From: Nitrospirota bacterium
Lineage (GTDB): Bacteria; Nitrospirota; Thermodesulfovibrionia; UBA6902
Reading direction: 5' to 3'
DNA: 64,000 bases
NCBI GenBank assembly: GCA_016213945.1
Contig: JACQZF010000032.1
Span: 20,324 to 84,323, forward strand
Of the stretch, positions 63,716-64,000 are shown piece after piece. A program made the position numbers and the translations under genes. Under the pieces are notes generated by a model. The model searched no databases, had not been told where the DNA came from, and was given only the letters and a program-made list of their open reading frames with translations. The stretch's first letter is position 1, and each line of letters begins with the position of its first letter.

Positions 63716-64000
63716 AAAAGTTTGATGCCGGATAAATTCAAAGTCAAAATTGCTAAATAGTATAAATAAGCATTTGAAATTTATCCAATGACATACTCCC
63801 CGAGGCAAGCCTGCGGGGTATCTTAAAGAAAAAGAGACAACTGGTCTTTATGTAACTGTTGGTACTCATTTGTACGCCCTTGTTCTTTAACATATTTGCT
63901 GATCGTATTTTCATTGCCTTGCTTAGACGATGCCGACATCCGCGACTCCATCCTGTTAAACCTGAGTGAATCGGGAGATTATAATATAGCCGTCTGCGGC

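Noticed and set aside
63830-63960. 42-codon minus-strand ORF (MESRMSASSKQGNENTISKYVKEQGRTNEYQQLHKDQLSLFL) near the window end
   Set aside because: No RBS, no recognisable family, and it lies at the window edge. Insufficient support.
1-64000. Searched the ORF track for integrase, transposase, recombinase, phage structural or cas genes to explain the island and the repeats
   Set aside because: None recognised in any frame. The mobility functions, if any, must lie outside this window.

Overview
Chromosomal segment, probably from an uncultivated anaerobic bacterium; taxonomy cannot be set from the sequence alone. Gene order: aroC and a fused aroK-aroB; then a metal-stress supercluster. That supercluster holds a cusCBA-type RND efflux operon (with FixH-like and class II cytochrome c genes), a cytochrome P460-like gene, an ECF sigma/anti-sigma pair with CBM48-like domains, several Met-rich secreted proteins, DUF2933-like and ICMT genes, and a YHS-domain CopA ATPase. 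Next come the conserved ffs-dnaX-ybaB-recR block, two tRNA-Ser genes flanking an Arch_ATPase-like gene, and tadA. An MSHA-like type IV pilus cluster follows (mshI/J/K/L/E ... G/M, with mshN-like on the opposite strand). After it: tyrS, a glutaredoxin-like candidate selenoprotein, a B12-rSAM/DUF2344 fusion plus RNase G, larE, an Fe-S protein, fsa, and a radical SAM/SPASM maturase. The window ends with a cobalamin-riboswitch-led anaerobic B12 operon (cobU-T-S-C-Q-cbiB-cobD-cbiA-cbiXC-cbiMNQO). Two things stand out. (1) The pilus operon is split between its ATPase and platform genes by a ~2.4 kb A+T-rich island. The island is bounded by a perfect 25-bp direct repeat of the mshE 3' end. It carries a 5'-truncated DUF1524-like nuclease ORF and a tightly coupled three-gene cassette of unknown function (TIGR04255-like, 120 aa, 178 aa), and is followed by mazEF. 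This is my best candidate for an undescribed system. (2) Apart from that island, the window is saturated with four or more short repeat families: 7-bp tandem arrays, nested G5/C5 palindromes, GGGGCGGG palindromes and GTCATTCC MITE-like units. Many sit in frame inside housekeeping genes without breaking them. Other points: a Sec-type UGA-x-x-stop glutaredoxin with a downstream hairpin, an A9 slippery run in dnaX, and a possible cobopep-type RiPP pair.
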